Below, piece after piece: positions 27,401 to 36,147 of a DNA stretch of 59,501 nt. The notes under the pieces are model-generated. The model ran no database searches. It was not told where the DNA came from and was given only the letters and a program-made list of their open reading frames with translations. The position numbers were made by a program, and so were the translations under genes. The stretch covers positions 1 through 59,501 of IMG/VR virus record IMGVR_UViG_3300039098_000024. One strand, 5' to 3'. Position 1 is the stretch's first letter; every line of letters begins with the position of its first letter. The stretch is from a virus.

Positions 27401-29702
27401 TAATGGTGAAGTATTCTTTAAGAACAATGCCAACACTTTAATGGACATGACTACTGCAGAAGCTGAGGCAACAGCTAAGTGGTTTATGGATGCTAATATG
27501 ACTGGTATTGCTGGTGATAGCACAGAGACTCAAACCTTTGCAGCAGTTAAGATGTACTTCTTAGGTTATGTATTGTCTGAGATAAAAGATGGTGGTCAAT
27601 TCTATAAGTTTAACGCGAACGTTAAGAGTAGAATTAATAATAACCTTAAAGGACAAGTAACCGCCGCAGGTACTGCACTATCAGTATGGAAGAACTTAAA
27701 GACTTTCATTAACCCGATAGAAGCTATGAAAGCAGCCGACATGGAAATAGCAGGAGTGTTACTTACAGCTGACGAGAAAAACATATTGTTAGATGCAGCT
27801 AAGAAAGGTAACATGGAAGACATAGCGAAAGCACAAGCGACTATTATAAACAGAGTTAACCAAGAGAAGACAAGTAAGAAAGGTATATTGCGTAAGATAA
27901 CTATGTTACGATCTATGTCAATGTTGACTGGACCACCTACGTGGTTACGTAACAAAATATCAAACTTTATGCTTAAGCGACTAAACAAAATATCTAGCAA
28001 AATAGGTGACAAAGTCTTCACTGAGAAATCAGTAGCCGGACAGTTTAAAATGAATGGTAAAGTTACTACTGAAATTCAGGACTACATAGACAAACACTTT
28101 ATCGACAATAAACTGTTCGATACCATTGTAAGTAATCTGTCTAAGTATAATCCTAGCGATATTCAAAGGCGTTTTAAAGATGCTACAGGTGTTGCTAATA
28201 AAGATGCATTATTTGCTAACATGGTTATTAAGTCAATGTACAACCAATACTATAACCAAAGTATGTTCGACAATAAAATTGTTAATAAGTATCACCAATT
28301 CTTAATGAAAGTATTGTCAGATAATAACTACGTGCGTGAAGCAGCTATTAGGTACTTCGGTAAAATAATGGCAGAGCGTGGTTATTCATTACAAGGAGAC
28401 GTAGTAAGTGACGATATAATGAGTGACTTTGCAACGGCTATTGGTATGGGTATGAAAGACTATATGCACTCAGACAATAAATTCAACGAGTTTGAAACAA
28501 TGTTGGCTGGAGTTAACGAAGAGTTATTATTTGCATATAAGCTGATATTACCTTTTGGAGCAGCTCAATGGAATTGGTTTAAAGCTGCTGTAACATATAG
28601 TCCATTAGGACTAATGAACAGTATACGTAGACTAACCAAGTTAGAAGCCCAAATAACGAAAGCAGAAACTAAGTGGGCAGAAGGTACTGCACAAGTACCG
28701 CCAGAAATGACCGAGTACTTAATTAGACGTGACGTAGGGTCAGGTGTGATAGGAACGATGGCAGTACTCTTTGGAATGTTGTTAGCAGCAACTGGTAAGA
28801 TAGCCTTAGACGACGACGATTACGGAACACCTAAATTACGAATAGGTAGTGTAGACTTTGATGTCGCTACTATATTCGGCTCTAGTTCAGTACTAGCCGG
28901 TGCAGCACTAATTAAAGGCTGGGGAGAAAATGGTAAGTTAGTAGAAGGCTTAGACGCAATGGCTGGTCCATTGTTAGACGGGTTCTTCCTGACTCAGATA
29001 TTAGAGCTAGACCAATATAACAATGGCGGCTGGGTATCATGGGGTATTGGTTATGGTGAACAAACAATGTTATCATTCATACCTAATGGTTTAAGATGGC
29101 TGTCAGGTGCAAGTGCTACTGGTTCATTTAAGCCAGACAATGTATTTGAAAGAGCAGTAGCTAGATTACCATTCTTAGGTAGTGCCTTTGGTGTCAATAA
29201 GAAAGTTAATCCATATACTGGAGACGAAGGTGACTTATGGGATGCGTTCAATAGAATAGTACCTTTTGTAGAAGTACGAAATATAAGTAGTCTTGAAGAG
29301 AAGTCTAGAGCGCTTGGTATCAATAAAGATCAGTTACGTGGCAAGTACACAATCAATGGTGAAGCATTTGATTTAACAGCTACTCAGACTGCTGAACTCA
29401 ATAGACAATATGGTAATTGGAATGCTATTGCATTAACTGAGTTCTATAATAGTTCGTCAATGCATAGAGTATTGACTGAGCATGATACTTTTGCAACACT
29501 TAGGTATTCTCAAATGACTGAAGAACAACGAGCACGAACTGTTGGAAGTATAATGACTAAGAACAGTACATACGCTAAGATACAAGCATGGTTGAAAGAT
29601 GGTAATAAATACTATGCAAGTGATAGCGAATATGCTACTCTAAAGAAGTTAGGTATCACTGGTTTATTATATAATGGATCACAAGGCTTTGTAGCCAAAT
29701 AG
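21492..29702 (+). CDS. Giant internal virion/ejection polyvalent protein (2736 aa) with a zincin HExxH motif
   Basis: One uninterrupted 8.2-kb ORF with SD AAAGGAGAG. Hydrophobic segments near residue ~300 and near the C-terminus. NVVMHEVTHATQF metalloprotease motif. A possible ART-like VMYRG...FLTSS stretch follows. Confidence 0.75.
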   Translation: MATVNRTRPTATEASDIRAQRGTGQLESVNSYLKNTDPTSYFYKKFKSENNEFLRDDFWSEAATRGESQDMASLLEASKDKGFSREAVDIVSGYEGRADYDSYMLALQTPHLDNTTKKERLGDNDYSFGEYTDQEWATEILKRTTARWDAEIVQADKDRRNWFTKTGAQVVSQVGNFTGAILNFTGDVYNLEEGLFNMLFNWSGDANAGDRFLHAFDNDDKFSGNPWAKVGDWLTKATFEFQKNYANGVDAVDAFDEGYRLGDGPNWIAQIANSSGEGTGTNWWGTVSNGISQAIGYMVPTIALAYFTGGASTTGTAISAGARSALFYSGIFSGMVKDSVTTASLNGVSYKDLNAGKVVAQAGLKAAAQYAVEKGLGMLIGFTAIDRGIGTAGSDIASEAATKAAASLATKTGWRAGAAVAARFTKEALKEGLEETFQELSDSFIDEAFDGRFGVDVTIQELVDAFVIGALTSYTMGLAGNVKTFLPGTIKTNKKTGEVVSNRGVTIDKKGKTAFMGAFQTMNLNESMRLMNDHMGVINDNKSSIEKKAKSMFSMNAAMAILGDVYATMGTERSAKADAMVSKMVASNNKKTQLKALNTNTKYSNELWQNLYKVQSGANIAHVKTLEKKVKDAIKKRSKLLKSKQVTKLDNIVTTTTKLDETNSDLEADTYAVLQEMLTKTDIKVLVGVDGATVASSDDVAFVNNKLIKSGDIPTIIKGLAYDKSVKAVEANLTPRQSKLVLHSYNKITGTNGTINQAITALLFDKQFYGYMLLKTSEAKYKTSGDKAAAINILMKIDQLITGKLSPYVAAGTVGLDQKAYMTLLKKVQENMRSGLVTFATQYAFVDVGAIDNAILPKELKDAINAHRNVIFTKLINKITSDKSNKVPNAERIAMFDKELDKHKSDSDLTSQKIKALKENARSTDYLRRLDAGISLNFYAKRSGSYKEKTTFLETDPFNASALNAIAHVENVFGVGFDDLINGTFSPLDINPEINKSVYALDNYQDRLAAIREVLFNSSAKAYTLGYDGKLLEVLDKDTFIQDKYLGDQQKFKNDFKAKQKAGKDFTLQDISKIDLAADTKTKFLSETKVIIKPGALKAGTNNHYDEDTNTIILRGTDINNVVMHEVTHATQFSLMGYDNDSVVYGGAPAMFDILPDDVQADLTDYIKTNLPLSYELLKDPDGKNYYFAYFMLAGEIEANSSLTAFMFETGFRWKDDRQTLVSPNDNNRTWPMAPDATKEAARDKGNLQKKAKQYQKAQDTPLVREKQKALKNKKSVQTFMKDGFLQTKSGVPLVMYRGAGQEGAQQHEGHIFLTSSPQIASAYAGGTSASTNSYVGWISNLQKDDVYVIDGKGKSFDDLRFKGMALSTDNAVKWVQENTTKKAVLIKNVVEADYIETKPAHDLIIFDTAYDTMKRVTMEDNGKFIKNWTDKLNRNDFEQYNGRRVDSEQFYNYVTALSTSATNVAEDAAIPTTGRYINNKVASTSNLKYRIRKGIQIQVNDNVANFIVATTKDFAKLPKVLKDSIKSGKTTYYDISKYVATTKSMNDYTFKAIAKYFYNNEQLAKTTYSAMRSLLSNIEELSTLSYMVPAEYQHKQITPANMTKLLIKTLSDADTDTTIAKSYTKYMKRSQTVMIKTDAGKVAFIDNQHADAKQLNTAVFLHYDGTLRGMRSINAIGKYMSFKQNDIYNKDTNWVQGIRTATTDYEQDIDISEMLDTVTRQEKLNTINNYVANALIAKVEKLPIAERKVKGPKVMAELRRIMSKMAGYDETTINKRYLAALSNENAKTQPIENIVKPLSEQPRSTKNLKDHIRERASRVTERIGGLKRRYNKMPDSIKAVIDPKTYKLTKTYQSMSDQDLLSLLVDMKETAKQLSSIIGEQELRQQKVRIEKARLDRVAKRETTTKTDKRSLREKLKYVHTTKVINQTFEFESRDAITKSATEMLNTQWGKQRMSTVKGVSNNRQQNVHNGEVFFKNNANTLMDMTTAEAEATAKWFMDANMTGIAGDSTETQTFAAVKMYFLGYVLSEIKDGGQFYKFNANVKSRINNNLKGQVTAAGTALSVWKNLKTFINPIEAMKAADMEIAGVLLTADEKNILLDAAKKGNMEDIAKAQATIINRVNQEKTSKKGILRKITMLRSMSMLTGPPTWLRNKISNFMLKRLNKISSKIGDKVFTEKSVAGQFKMNGKVTTEIQDYIDKHFIDNKLFDTIVSNLSKYNPSDIQRRFKDATGVANKDALFANMVIKSMYNQYYNQSMFDNKIVNKYHQFLMKVLSDNNYVREAAIRYFGKIMAERGYSLQGDVVSDDIMSDFATAIGMGMKDYMHSDNKFNEFETMLAGVNEELLFAYKLILPFGAAQWNWFKAAVTYSPLGLMNSIRRLTKLEAQITKAETKWAEGTAQVPPEMTEYLIRRDVGSGVIGTMAVLFGMLLAATGKIALDDDDYGTPKLRIGSVDFDVATIFGSSSVLAGAALIKGWGENGKLVEGLDAMAGPLLDGFFLTQILELDQYNNGGWVSWGIGYGEQTMLSFIPNGLRWLSGASATGSFKPDNVFERAVARLPFLGSAFGVNKKVNPYTGDEGDLWDAFNRIVPFVEVRNISSLEEKSRALGINKDQLRGKYTINGEAFDLTATQTAELNRQYGNWNAIALTEFYNSSSMHRVLTEHDTFATLRYSQMTEEQRARTVGSIMTKNSTYAKIQAWLKDGNKYYASDSEYATLKKLGITGLLYNGSQGFVAK

Positions 29703-29708
29703 TAGGAA

Positions 29709-29731
29709 GGACACCAACCGGTGTCCTTTTT
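29709..29731 (+). terminator. Rho-independent terminator ending the late arm
   Basis: GGACACC-aacc-GGTGTCC followed by TTTTT. Confidence 0.9.
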
Positions 29732-29756
29732 CATATCATTCAATTTAATTGAAAGA

Positions 29757-29793
29757 ATATCATAGAAGCAAACTGTCGCGTCTTCTATGATAT
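29757..29793. repeat. 12-bp perfect inverted repeat ATATCATAGAAG/CTTCTATGATAT with a 13-nt spacer
   Basis: Read directly; lies in the convergence gap between the two arms. Confidence 0.9.
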
Positions 29794-29895
29794 ATCTGTG
29801 GCGAATTATATAGTCCCGTGATTAATTATAAGAAAGATTAATTTGATCCCATATATTATCCTAAAAGGATCCATAGTCTATATATTGAGAGCATG

Positions 29896-29926
29896 AAAAA
29901 AGAGGTTATTACACCTCTTTCTTTTT
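29896..29926. terminator. Bidirectional terminator (A-run, AGAGGT-tattac-ACCTCT, T-run)
   Basis: The hairpin lies just downstream of the minus-strand stop at 29925-29927. Confidence 0.8.
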
Positions 29927-30167
29927 AGTCTATAGTATACATCTGATTTCTAACCATTGCCAGGTGGATCCATCTGATTTCAGCAACGTCGCCATGAATT
30001 TCGATGTTTTCATTGGTAATAGGTACACGTATCACTAACCAATCGTCGTTCTTAGAAAGCAAAGTAATAGAACGCCTTATACCTAATTGTTTATTCTGTA
30101 ACCATTTCAAGCATTGCTCTTTAGAGTTAAACTCTTGCGGCATTAATCTTCCCATATCAGCTAACAT
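29925..30167 (-). CDS. Hypothetical protein (80 aa)
   Basis: ORF with SD AAGGAGGTG upstream; last gene of the minus arm. Confidence 0.65.
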   Translation of the reverse strand: MLADMGRLMPQEFNSKEQCLKWLQNKQLGIRRSITLLSKNDDWLVIRVPITNENIEIHGDVAEIRWIHLAMVRNQMYTID

Positions 30168-30184
30168 ATTGCACCTCCTTTAAT

Positions 30185-30430
30185 TTATCGTGACTTTAAT
30201 CTTTCTTCTGACACTTCATATAAGTATGCGTCTATTGACCATGTTATAGCACCAACTAAGATACTAATTCCACCTGCGATATTTATAGCTGGTGGTATGT
30301 TGCTAAGTATCTCAATAATACTTCGGTCTTCTGCAGCATATACTATGAACCAACCTAGGTATATGACAGTAGTCGTCGTAGATATTATTTGCATTACTTT
30401 ATTAAAGCCTACTAATACTTTCTTTATCAT
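30185..30430 (-). CDS. Small two-pass membrane protein (81 aa)
   Basis: ATGA overlap with the polymerase stop; two hydrophobic segments. Confidence 0.65.
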   Translation of the reverse strand: MIKKVLVGFNKVMQIISTTTTVIYLGWFIVYAAEDRSIIEILSNIPPAINIAGGISILVGAITWSIDAYLYEVSEERLKSR

Positions 30431-32544
30431 AAGTTAAACTCCTTCGTATACGCTAGTTTGCCATCTTTTAATTTGTACCAATGACGGTCTAGTGCATTAC
30501 TTAATTTCTCAGTGTAGTAGTTAAAGTCTAGTTTAGCCGACGAGCCATCTATGTGTGTCAATCGTCTATCGTGGTATGGACCTTCTATCTTGTAGTTGTA
30601 TAAAGCATCGTTAACAATCCAAGTGTGTGGTGGGCAATTGGCAACTGTGTTCTCTTGATGTAAATACCATTTGTTGTTCTCAAACTTAAGTTTCTTACCA
30701 GCTGCTCTATGTGCTGCTAACAATATATCAACTGTCTTGCCAGCTCGTATTTGAGTCGCAGTAGGTTTAATTTCACTCCACTTCAATTTCTTAATTGAAC
30801 CATATTTAGTATTGTCACTAGCAACTACTCTACTCACTTTACCAAGTTCTAAGTCACCGCCAACATTTCGTTGTACTGAAGTATAGAAGCTAGGACCTTT
30901 AGTAGCTGTAAGACAGAAGTCTGCTACCTTAGTGTGCTCTAACAAATATTTAACTGGGTTAGTCTTATTTATATAGAACTCGTTTTGTGCTTTATTTATA
31001 ACATGTAGTCCAAGTGGTCTTATTCTGTTAGTACCTGGTTGGAACACTGTATTTATGAATGCTCCACCTTTAAGTGTTACTTTGTCTTTAATGTCTATAG
31101 CTAGATAATTGTTAACATTCGCTTGCCATATCTTTTTCTCTTCGTCAACTTCAAAAGTGAATTTAGATATACGCTCGAAGTTCTGTACTACTCTAATTAG
31201 TGCATCATATTTATCTTTAGAACCATAAACAATAATACCATCTGTATTACTTTGTATGATTTGAAGACCAAGTTCTTTGTATATATTGTTAGCTAGTGAT
31301 ATAAGTATCATTTGCCCAATGCGACATATTTTTGATCTCATATAGTCGTCGTATAATGCTAACCACTTATTACCTGCTGCACCGAACGTAGTGTTCATAA
31401 CCAGCTTTGCAGATGGTACGAATTCAAACTCTTCAGTTGTCCAAGTTGATTTAGGCTTCTGCTTCAATCCTAATCTAGTACTATAGAACTTAACGAAACG
31501 TTGTGGTTTAGTTATACCTCTCGGCATTGCATTACAGAATATCATTGTAGCTGGGTAACATGAAGATGCATCAACGTGCCACATACCATGTGACTCAGTA
31601 GCTTCTACATATATACAACTATTTGATCTACCTACTTTTGGAGTAGTAATAATTGAGTGTAAACCACCATCAGCAGTATAAACTCTATTACCAAATATAG
31701 TCATGTTCTTAGCTTGCTGTGAAGTAAGTATATGATGGTATAACTCATTAGGTATCCACTTCTCAAAGTACTCACGTAACTCTTTTTGATATATCGTAAT
31801 TGTCGGGTCAACGATTGTAGTACCGGGGTACTTCTCAGCACCTAGCACTATACCTGCCAATACTGCATTCGTAGATTGGTATGCTATGCGTTCTGCAATA
31901 TCATATTGTTTACATAATGATACCTTAGTATCAATATACGGTTTAGATACAGTAATGTAATAAGCGTGTAGTGCATATACGTCGTGTCGACAATAAAACA
32001 TTATCTGCGCTTTCTCGTCAGCCGTTAAAGTCTTTTGTCCGAACGGAACTGTAGTCTCTCTAATGTCTAAACCTAACGAAGCTTCATGATCTTTCAAACC
32101 TTTATTGTTAGTGTCGTCCATTAAGTCTTGATATGCTTCACCTGTAAACTTACGTCTAATATAGTTTGCAATTCTATAACCGTCTGGGTACTCTCTCAAG
32201 AATGCATTATACTTGTCAGGGTTCTTACGGTGTATAACTAAGTTAGATGCAATGTATACTTCTAGAGCTGTAAAGCCTGCCAATATACAATTAAGAATAA
32301 TTTGGTCATATCGTTTGTTGTTAAACCCTGTCAATACACCACTAGACATATCACGTTTAAGTCTCATTAAACCTTCACGACCTTGGTCACTCGTATACTC
32401 ACGCATCTTAGCTTTAATTCTAAGTTCTTCAGCTTTATTTAATTTGTTGTTATGTGGTGACGAGTCATAGCTGTCTTCTTGGTCACTTGCTATTATTCCC
32501 CAAAAACTAGGGTACGACTCAATGTCAAAAAACTTTAATCTCAT
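30427..32544 (-). CDS. Family B DNA polymerase with 3'-5' exonuclease (705 aa)
   Basis: Exo I FFDIES, Exo II GFNNKRYD, Exo III YCRHDVYA. Pol motif A DASSCYPAT, motif B KLVMNTTFGAAG, motif C SNTDGI. Confidence 0.8.
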   Translation of the reverse strand: MRLKFFDIESYPSFWGIIASDQEDSYDSSPHNNKLNKAEELRIKAKMREYTSDQGREGLMRLKRDMSSGVLTGFNNKRYDQIILNCILAGFTALEVYIASNLVIHRKNPDKYNAFLREYPDGYRIANYIRRKFTGEAYQDLMDDTNNKGLKDHEASLGLDIRETTVPFGQKTLTADEKAQIMFYCRHDVYALHAYYITVSKPYIDTKVSLCKQYDIAERIAYQSTNAVLAGIVLGAEKYPGTTIVDPTITIYQKELREYFEKWIPNELYHHILTSQQAKNMTIFGNRVYTADGGLHSIITTPKVGRSNSCIYVEATESHGMWHVDASSCYPATMIFCNAMPRGITKPQRFVKFYSTRLGLKQKPKSTWTTEEFEFVPSAKLVMNTTFGAAGNKWLALYDDYMRSKICRIGQMILISLANNIYKELGLQIIQSNTDGIIVYGSKDKYDALIRVVQNFERISKFTFEVDEEKKIWQANVNNYLAIDIKDKVTLKGGAFINTVFQPGTNRIRPLGLHVINKAQNEFYINKTNPVKYLLEHTKVADFCLTATKGPSFYTSVQRNVGGDLELGKVSRVVASDNTKYGSIKKLKWSEIKPTATQIRAGKTVDILLAAHRAAGKKLKFENNKWYLHQENTVANCPPHTWIVNDALYNYKIEGPYHDRRLTHIDGSSAKLDFNYYTEKLSNALDRHWYKLKDGKLAYTKEFNL

Positions 32545-32702
32545 TTCACATTACCTCTCCAGTCGTCAACTCCAAAATATCTTTCTAGCTTGTGGAGTTT
32601 CTTACTAAGCCGCGTCATTCTAGCCCACTTAATATTATCTATAAAACTTAAGCCGTCTTTCTTCATTTGCTTCTCTACTTTCTTCCAATCTACATGTTTC
32701 AT
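32541..32702 (-). CDS. Small basic protein (53 aa)
   Basis: SD AGGAGG then ATG at 32702. Its stop overlaps the polymerase start (ATGA). Below the ORF-track cutoff. Confidence 0.55.
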   Translation of the reverse strand: MKHVDWKKVEKQMKKDGLSFIDNIKWARMTRLSKKLHKLERYFGVDDWRGNVK

Positions 32703-32711
32703 AATTACCTC

Positions 32712-34775
32712 CTAAGTAAATGTGCTTGATGCTAGCGATTGACTGAATGGGCAATAGTCCTCGTCTAACAATGATTTGATTACTATTTGATCATTTAAAG
32801 CAATATCAAAATGAGTTGTCAATTTGTATTCTTTAACTATATGTTGAACGAAGTTACCATAGTTGAATGGATGGTAGCCCATCATTTGTGTCCATGTTTT
32901 GTATTCTACAAATAAGCTGGTAAGTCCTCTGTTCACTAATCTCTTAACCGTGATATATTGTAATTGACACCACTTGTTAATTGAGCTTTGCTCTACTTTG
33001 AAACGCTGCTTAAGTTTCTCTTCGCTTTCTTCCATTACGAACTTACCTGACTTTAATACTCCATGCATAGCTTCAACTGATTTGCATAAGAAGTACTCCA
33101 TATCTAAGTCAGTAATCTTACTATCGAAGTTTCTATCAGGCTCCTTAATTTTGTTGTTAAGTTCTACTAGCATTAGTCTACGATATAGACCTTCTGAGTC
33201 GTCATGTATTTTAACCATAGAGTTTGCACAAACAATAACTGTTGCCATACATTCTAGTAAGATAGGCTCTGAGTATATAGCTCTAACAAGTACTGGTTGT
33301 CCTGCAACAATAGATTTGAACCTACCTGCATCTCTAAGTACTTTTTCACTACTAGCATCGTCGTCTATGTTAACCATAGCACCAGTCAATGTTGATAGGT
33401 GATAGTCTTGATCAAACTGGCTAAGCCCTACTGTCGATACATACCTAGGGTTAAACATTTTTCTAATCAGGTTAGTGTATGTGGACTTTCCAGTACCACC
33501 ACCACCTACTAGTACGAAGAACTTATGAAAGTTATTTCTACGTATTAAGCAATAACCGGCTAGTTCATATAGTTGTTGCATAACCTTTGCGTCACCTTTA
33601 GATATAAACTTCATAAACTCGTTTATACGTTCTGAGAACTGACAATTTGGGTTATATGGAATATCAACCTTAACAGTATTATAACTGTTTGGTGTTGGCT
33701 CAATTAGCTTTAAGTTAAGTAGATCTAAGTAGCCGTTCTTTACTGATATACAAGCATACTCTTTGTCTAGTAGTTTAGGGTTGATCTGCTTCTCAACGCA
33801 TACAAATTCTATTATCTCTTTACGTTGTTGTTTAGTAGCATGTTCAAAACCTTCTTTGTGTACTAGCTCGTGCACTTGGTGAGGTGTTAGCTTTACATAT
33901 ATACCTTCTTTGAATTGGTATACATAATCACCAACAGCTATCAGTCCGTGGTCAGCTATTAACTTACGAGCTATCTCTAACCAGACAGGCTTCTTAGCCT
34001 TACCAGTGCCGTCTTGTGCTTCCATGTTGCCATAGGTCTTTTCAACTGGACGAGCTACTGTAGCGTTGAACATTTCCTCGGTCATTGGGTCTTCCCAAAT
34101 TTCCCAGTTAATGATACGTAAACATTCAATTGACTCTTCTTCTGTTACTAAGTTAGGTCCAGTGTGTGCACCACGTAGTTTGAATAGAGCTTCATTACCA
34201 GAACCATCTGGCATATCGATAAAGCTTACGTCTGTGTCTCTAGCTTGTCTAAGTGGTCTTAACCAGAATGGCAAGTCGTCTATTTCTAGATCGTCCCACT
34301 TATACCATTCTCTGTTTGACTTCTCGTCATTAGCAGGAAGTATGATATAACCTTTCTTATCACCTCGACCATCAGTTCCAATACCTATATGATTTATGCG
34401 TCCTTGGAACTCACTTTTACCAGCCATTATAGGTGATACATTACCAAATATGAAGTGCATACCTTTCTTACTTTTATTAGCTACGTATTTAACACTATGA
34501 TTGTCTAACAACTTTTCAATAACTTCACTACTTCTAGCGTGGTCTTTGTTATCAATGTCTATAGCGATATAACCTTTAGGTACAATCCAACCTAGTCTAC
34601 CACCACGACTCAGCCAGTTCTTAGCTTGAGCAATGTTAAGTGGGTCTTTTAACGAATTAAGAGGTGCCTTGTTCTTTTTTCTTATGGCTTCGTCGTAGGC
34701 TTCTTCTTCATTATAGTTTATTATTTTTACAAAGCCAGCTTTAGGGAAGGCTTCACAAAATTTATTAAAGTCCAT
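32712..34775 (-). CDS. Primase-polymerase / D5-like SF3 helicase (687 aa)
   Basis: N-terminal prim-pol-like YIAIDIDNKD and GMHFIF. Walker A VLVGGGGTGKST. Walker B-like MVNIDDD. Confidence 0.75.
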   Translation of the reverse strand: MDFNKFCEAFPKAGFVKIINYNEEEAYDEAIRKKNKAPLNSLKDPLNIAQAKNWLSRGGRLGWIVPKGYIAIDIDNKDHARSSEVIEKLLDNHSVKYVANKSKKGMHFIFGNVSPIMAGKSEFQGRINHIGIGTDGRGDKKGYIILPANDEKSNREWYKWDDLEIDDLPFWLRPLRQARDTDVSFIDMPDGSGNEALFKLRGAHTGPNLVTEEESIECLRIINWEIWEDPMTEEMFNATVARPVEKTYGNMEAQDGTGKAKKPVWLEIARKLIADHGLIAVGDYVYQFKEGIYVKLTPHQVHELVHKEGFEHATKQQRKEIIEFVCVEKQINPKLLDKEYACISVKNGYLDLLNLKLIEPTPNSYNTVKVDIPYNPNCQFSERINEFMKFISKGDAKVMQQLYELAGYCLIRRNNFHKFFVLVGGGGTGKSTYTNLIRKMFNPRYVSTVGLSQFDQDYHLSTLTGAMVNIDDDASSEKVLRDAGRFKSIVAGQPVLVRAIYSEPILLECMATVIVCANSMVKIHDDSEGLYRRLMLVELNNKIKEPDRNFDSKITDLDMEYFLCKSVEAMHGVLKSGKFVMEESEEKLKQRFKVEQSSINKWCQLQYITVKRLVNRGLTSLFVEYKTWTQMMGYHPFNYGNFVQHIVKEYKLTTHFDIALNDQIVIKSLLDEDYCPFSQSLASSTFT

Positions 34776-34785
34776 CGGTACCTCC

Positions 34786-36147
34786 TTATGCGTGTTTAAT
34801 TGACATTAATGCGTCGTGTATGTTTTGTTTGCCAACTAAGGCTTTCCAAATCTTACCTTCAACAATATATTTATCACCTGTTGTGTTAACTAATACTGAT
34901 AACTTACAAGGCTTGTCTTGTCCACGTCTCCAAGTCCTATGTATAAATTGTTTATAGTATATGAAGCTGTGGTCTATTGAGTAGTAAACAATGTTTTGAC
35001 ATAATTGTAAGTTAACTGAATTGCCACGTGCACATTGCAATACTAATGCGTTGTAGTTACCAGTCTTAAACTTAAGTATGTCGTTAGTCCAAGTTAAGTT
35101 AGCTTTAGTAAGTGCTGTTTGTATATTATCACCATCTATTTGAAATCTATAACCTACTATCGTTTTCTCTCGCTTACACTCATTTACTATAAATGGTAAT
35201 TTAGGGTTAACGAAGTTAGGTATTATATATGTTTGTCTGACCATGTCGTCGTCATAATAGTATAAAAAGCCATTAAGCGCTTGTTGTGCTTTTTGCATTG
35301 CAATTGCTTTCATTGTAGTAGACTCGTGTCCACCTAATTTTAATATACCTTGAAGTGCATTCTCATACTCTTTAGTTGACTCAACTTTAAATGTAGTCAG
35401 TGCCATTGGAGTTACGTCCATTGCTGGCATATCGTCGTCGTCGTCATACGGCCAGAACATTACTGATTTTAAGTAAACATCCATAAGCAACTTCTCACCA
35501 CGTTCGTTAAGTGACACAGGCTTCATAAAGCTTCCGTACGGTGTTCTTTGTAGTTCCATATTACAAAATATTTTCTTAAACTCGGCCGTTCTTATTCTAC
35601 CCATTCCACCTACGTTAAGGTTGTGCAATACTGCCCAAGGTTCTATATTGTTATTACCACTTATAGTACCTGTCATACCCCATACGTATTCTGCTTTCGC
35701 GGTTAATGAATATACTACTTTAGCAAACTTAGATTTCTTTCTAGTAACTCCAGACCTTAGCGATTGACATTCGTCTATAACAATGATGTCCCACTTAGTT
35801 GCTACTAGAGCTTCTTTAACTTTGCCAATAGCTGTACCACTTGTAACAAAGTATGTTTGCTTAGGTAATACTCCTTGTGGCATTATGTCTGCTTTCCACA
35901 TTGCTTTAATTGCAACTGCAGCTGACATAATCAATACTTTAATAGGTCTGCCTTTTAGTTTCTCTACTTCTCTAATAGCATGTATGATAGGGTATGATTT
36001 ACCCTTGCCGGGTTCAAATGCTAATACAGCATGTTTTTCTGTTAACAATAATTGTTCTGCAAATTCCTGCTCAGGAAGGCGGTATATCTCATTGTACTCA
36101 TTATAAGTAATACCACCTGCTTTCTTAGTAACTGGTACCATCGTCAT
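34786..36147 (-). CDS. SNF2-family (SF2) helicase (453 aa)
   Basis: EPGKGKS (motif I), VIDECQSL (DExQ), HRTWRRGQ (motif VI). Confidence 0.75.
   Translation of the reverse strand: MTMVPVTKKAGGITYNEYNEIYRLPEQEFAEQLLLTEKHAVLAFEPGKGKSYPIIHAIREVEKLKGRPIKVLIMSAAVAIKAMWKADIMPQGVLPKQTYFVTSGTAIGKVKEALVATKWDIIVIDECQSLRSGVTRKKSKFAKVVYSLTAKAEYVWGMTGTISGNNNIEPWAVLHNLNVGGMGRIRTAEFKKIFCNMELQRTPYGSFMKPVSLNERGEKLLMDVYLKSVMFWPYDDDDDMPAMDVTPMALTTFKVESTKEYENALQGILKLGGHESTTMKAIAMQKAQQALNGFLYYYDDDMVRQTYIIPNFVNPKLPFIVNECKREKTIVGYRFQIDGDNIQTALTKANLTWTNDILKFKTGNYNALVLQCARGNSVNLQLCQNIVYYSIDHSFIYYKQFIHRTWRRGQDKPCKLSVLVNTTGDKYIVEGKIWKALVGKQNIHDALMSIKHA

Noticed and set aside
22595-29323. Many minus-strand ORFs of 60-150 aa inside the 2736-aa gene (for example 23333-23788, 23801-24196 and 27602-28021)
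   Set aside because: They are embedded antisense to one continuous 8.2-kb ORF, have low-complexity Ser/Leu/Ile-rich translations and lack ribosome-binding sites. They are typical antisense open frames of AT-rich DNA.
30427-32544. Protein-primed (phi29-like) replication, suggested by the family B polymerase
   Set aside because: The genome encodes a prim-pol/D5 helicase, a ligase and an SSB, and it assembles as a circle. No terminal-protein candidate or inverted terminal repeats are evident.
32213-34350. Plus-strand ORFs inside the polymerase and primase-helicase genes (32213-32470, 32974-33402 and 34066-34350)
   Set aside because: They lie opposite motif-bearing genes, have no SD and have Ser/Leu-rich low-complexity products.
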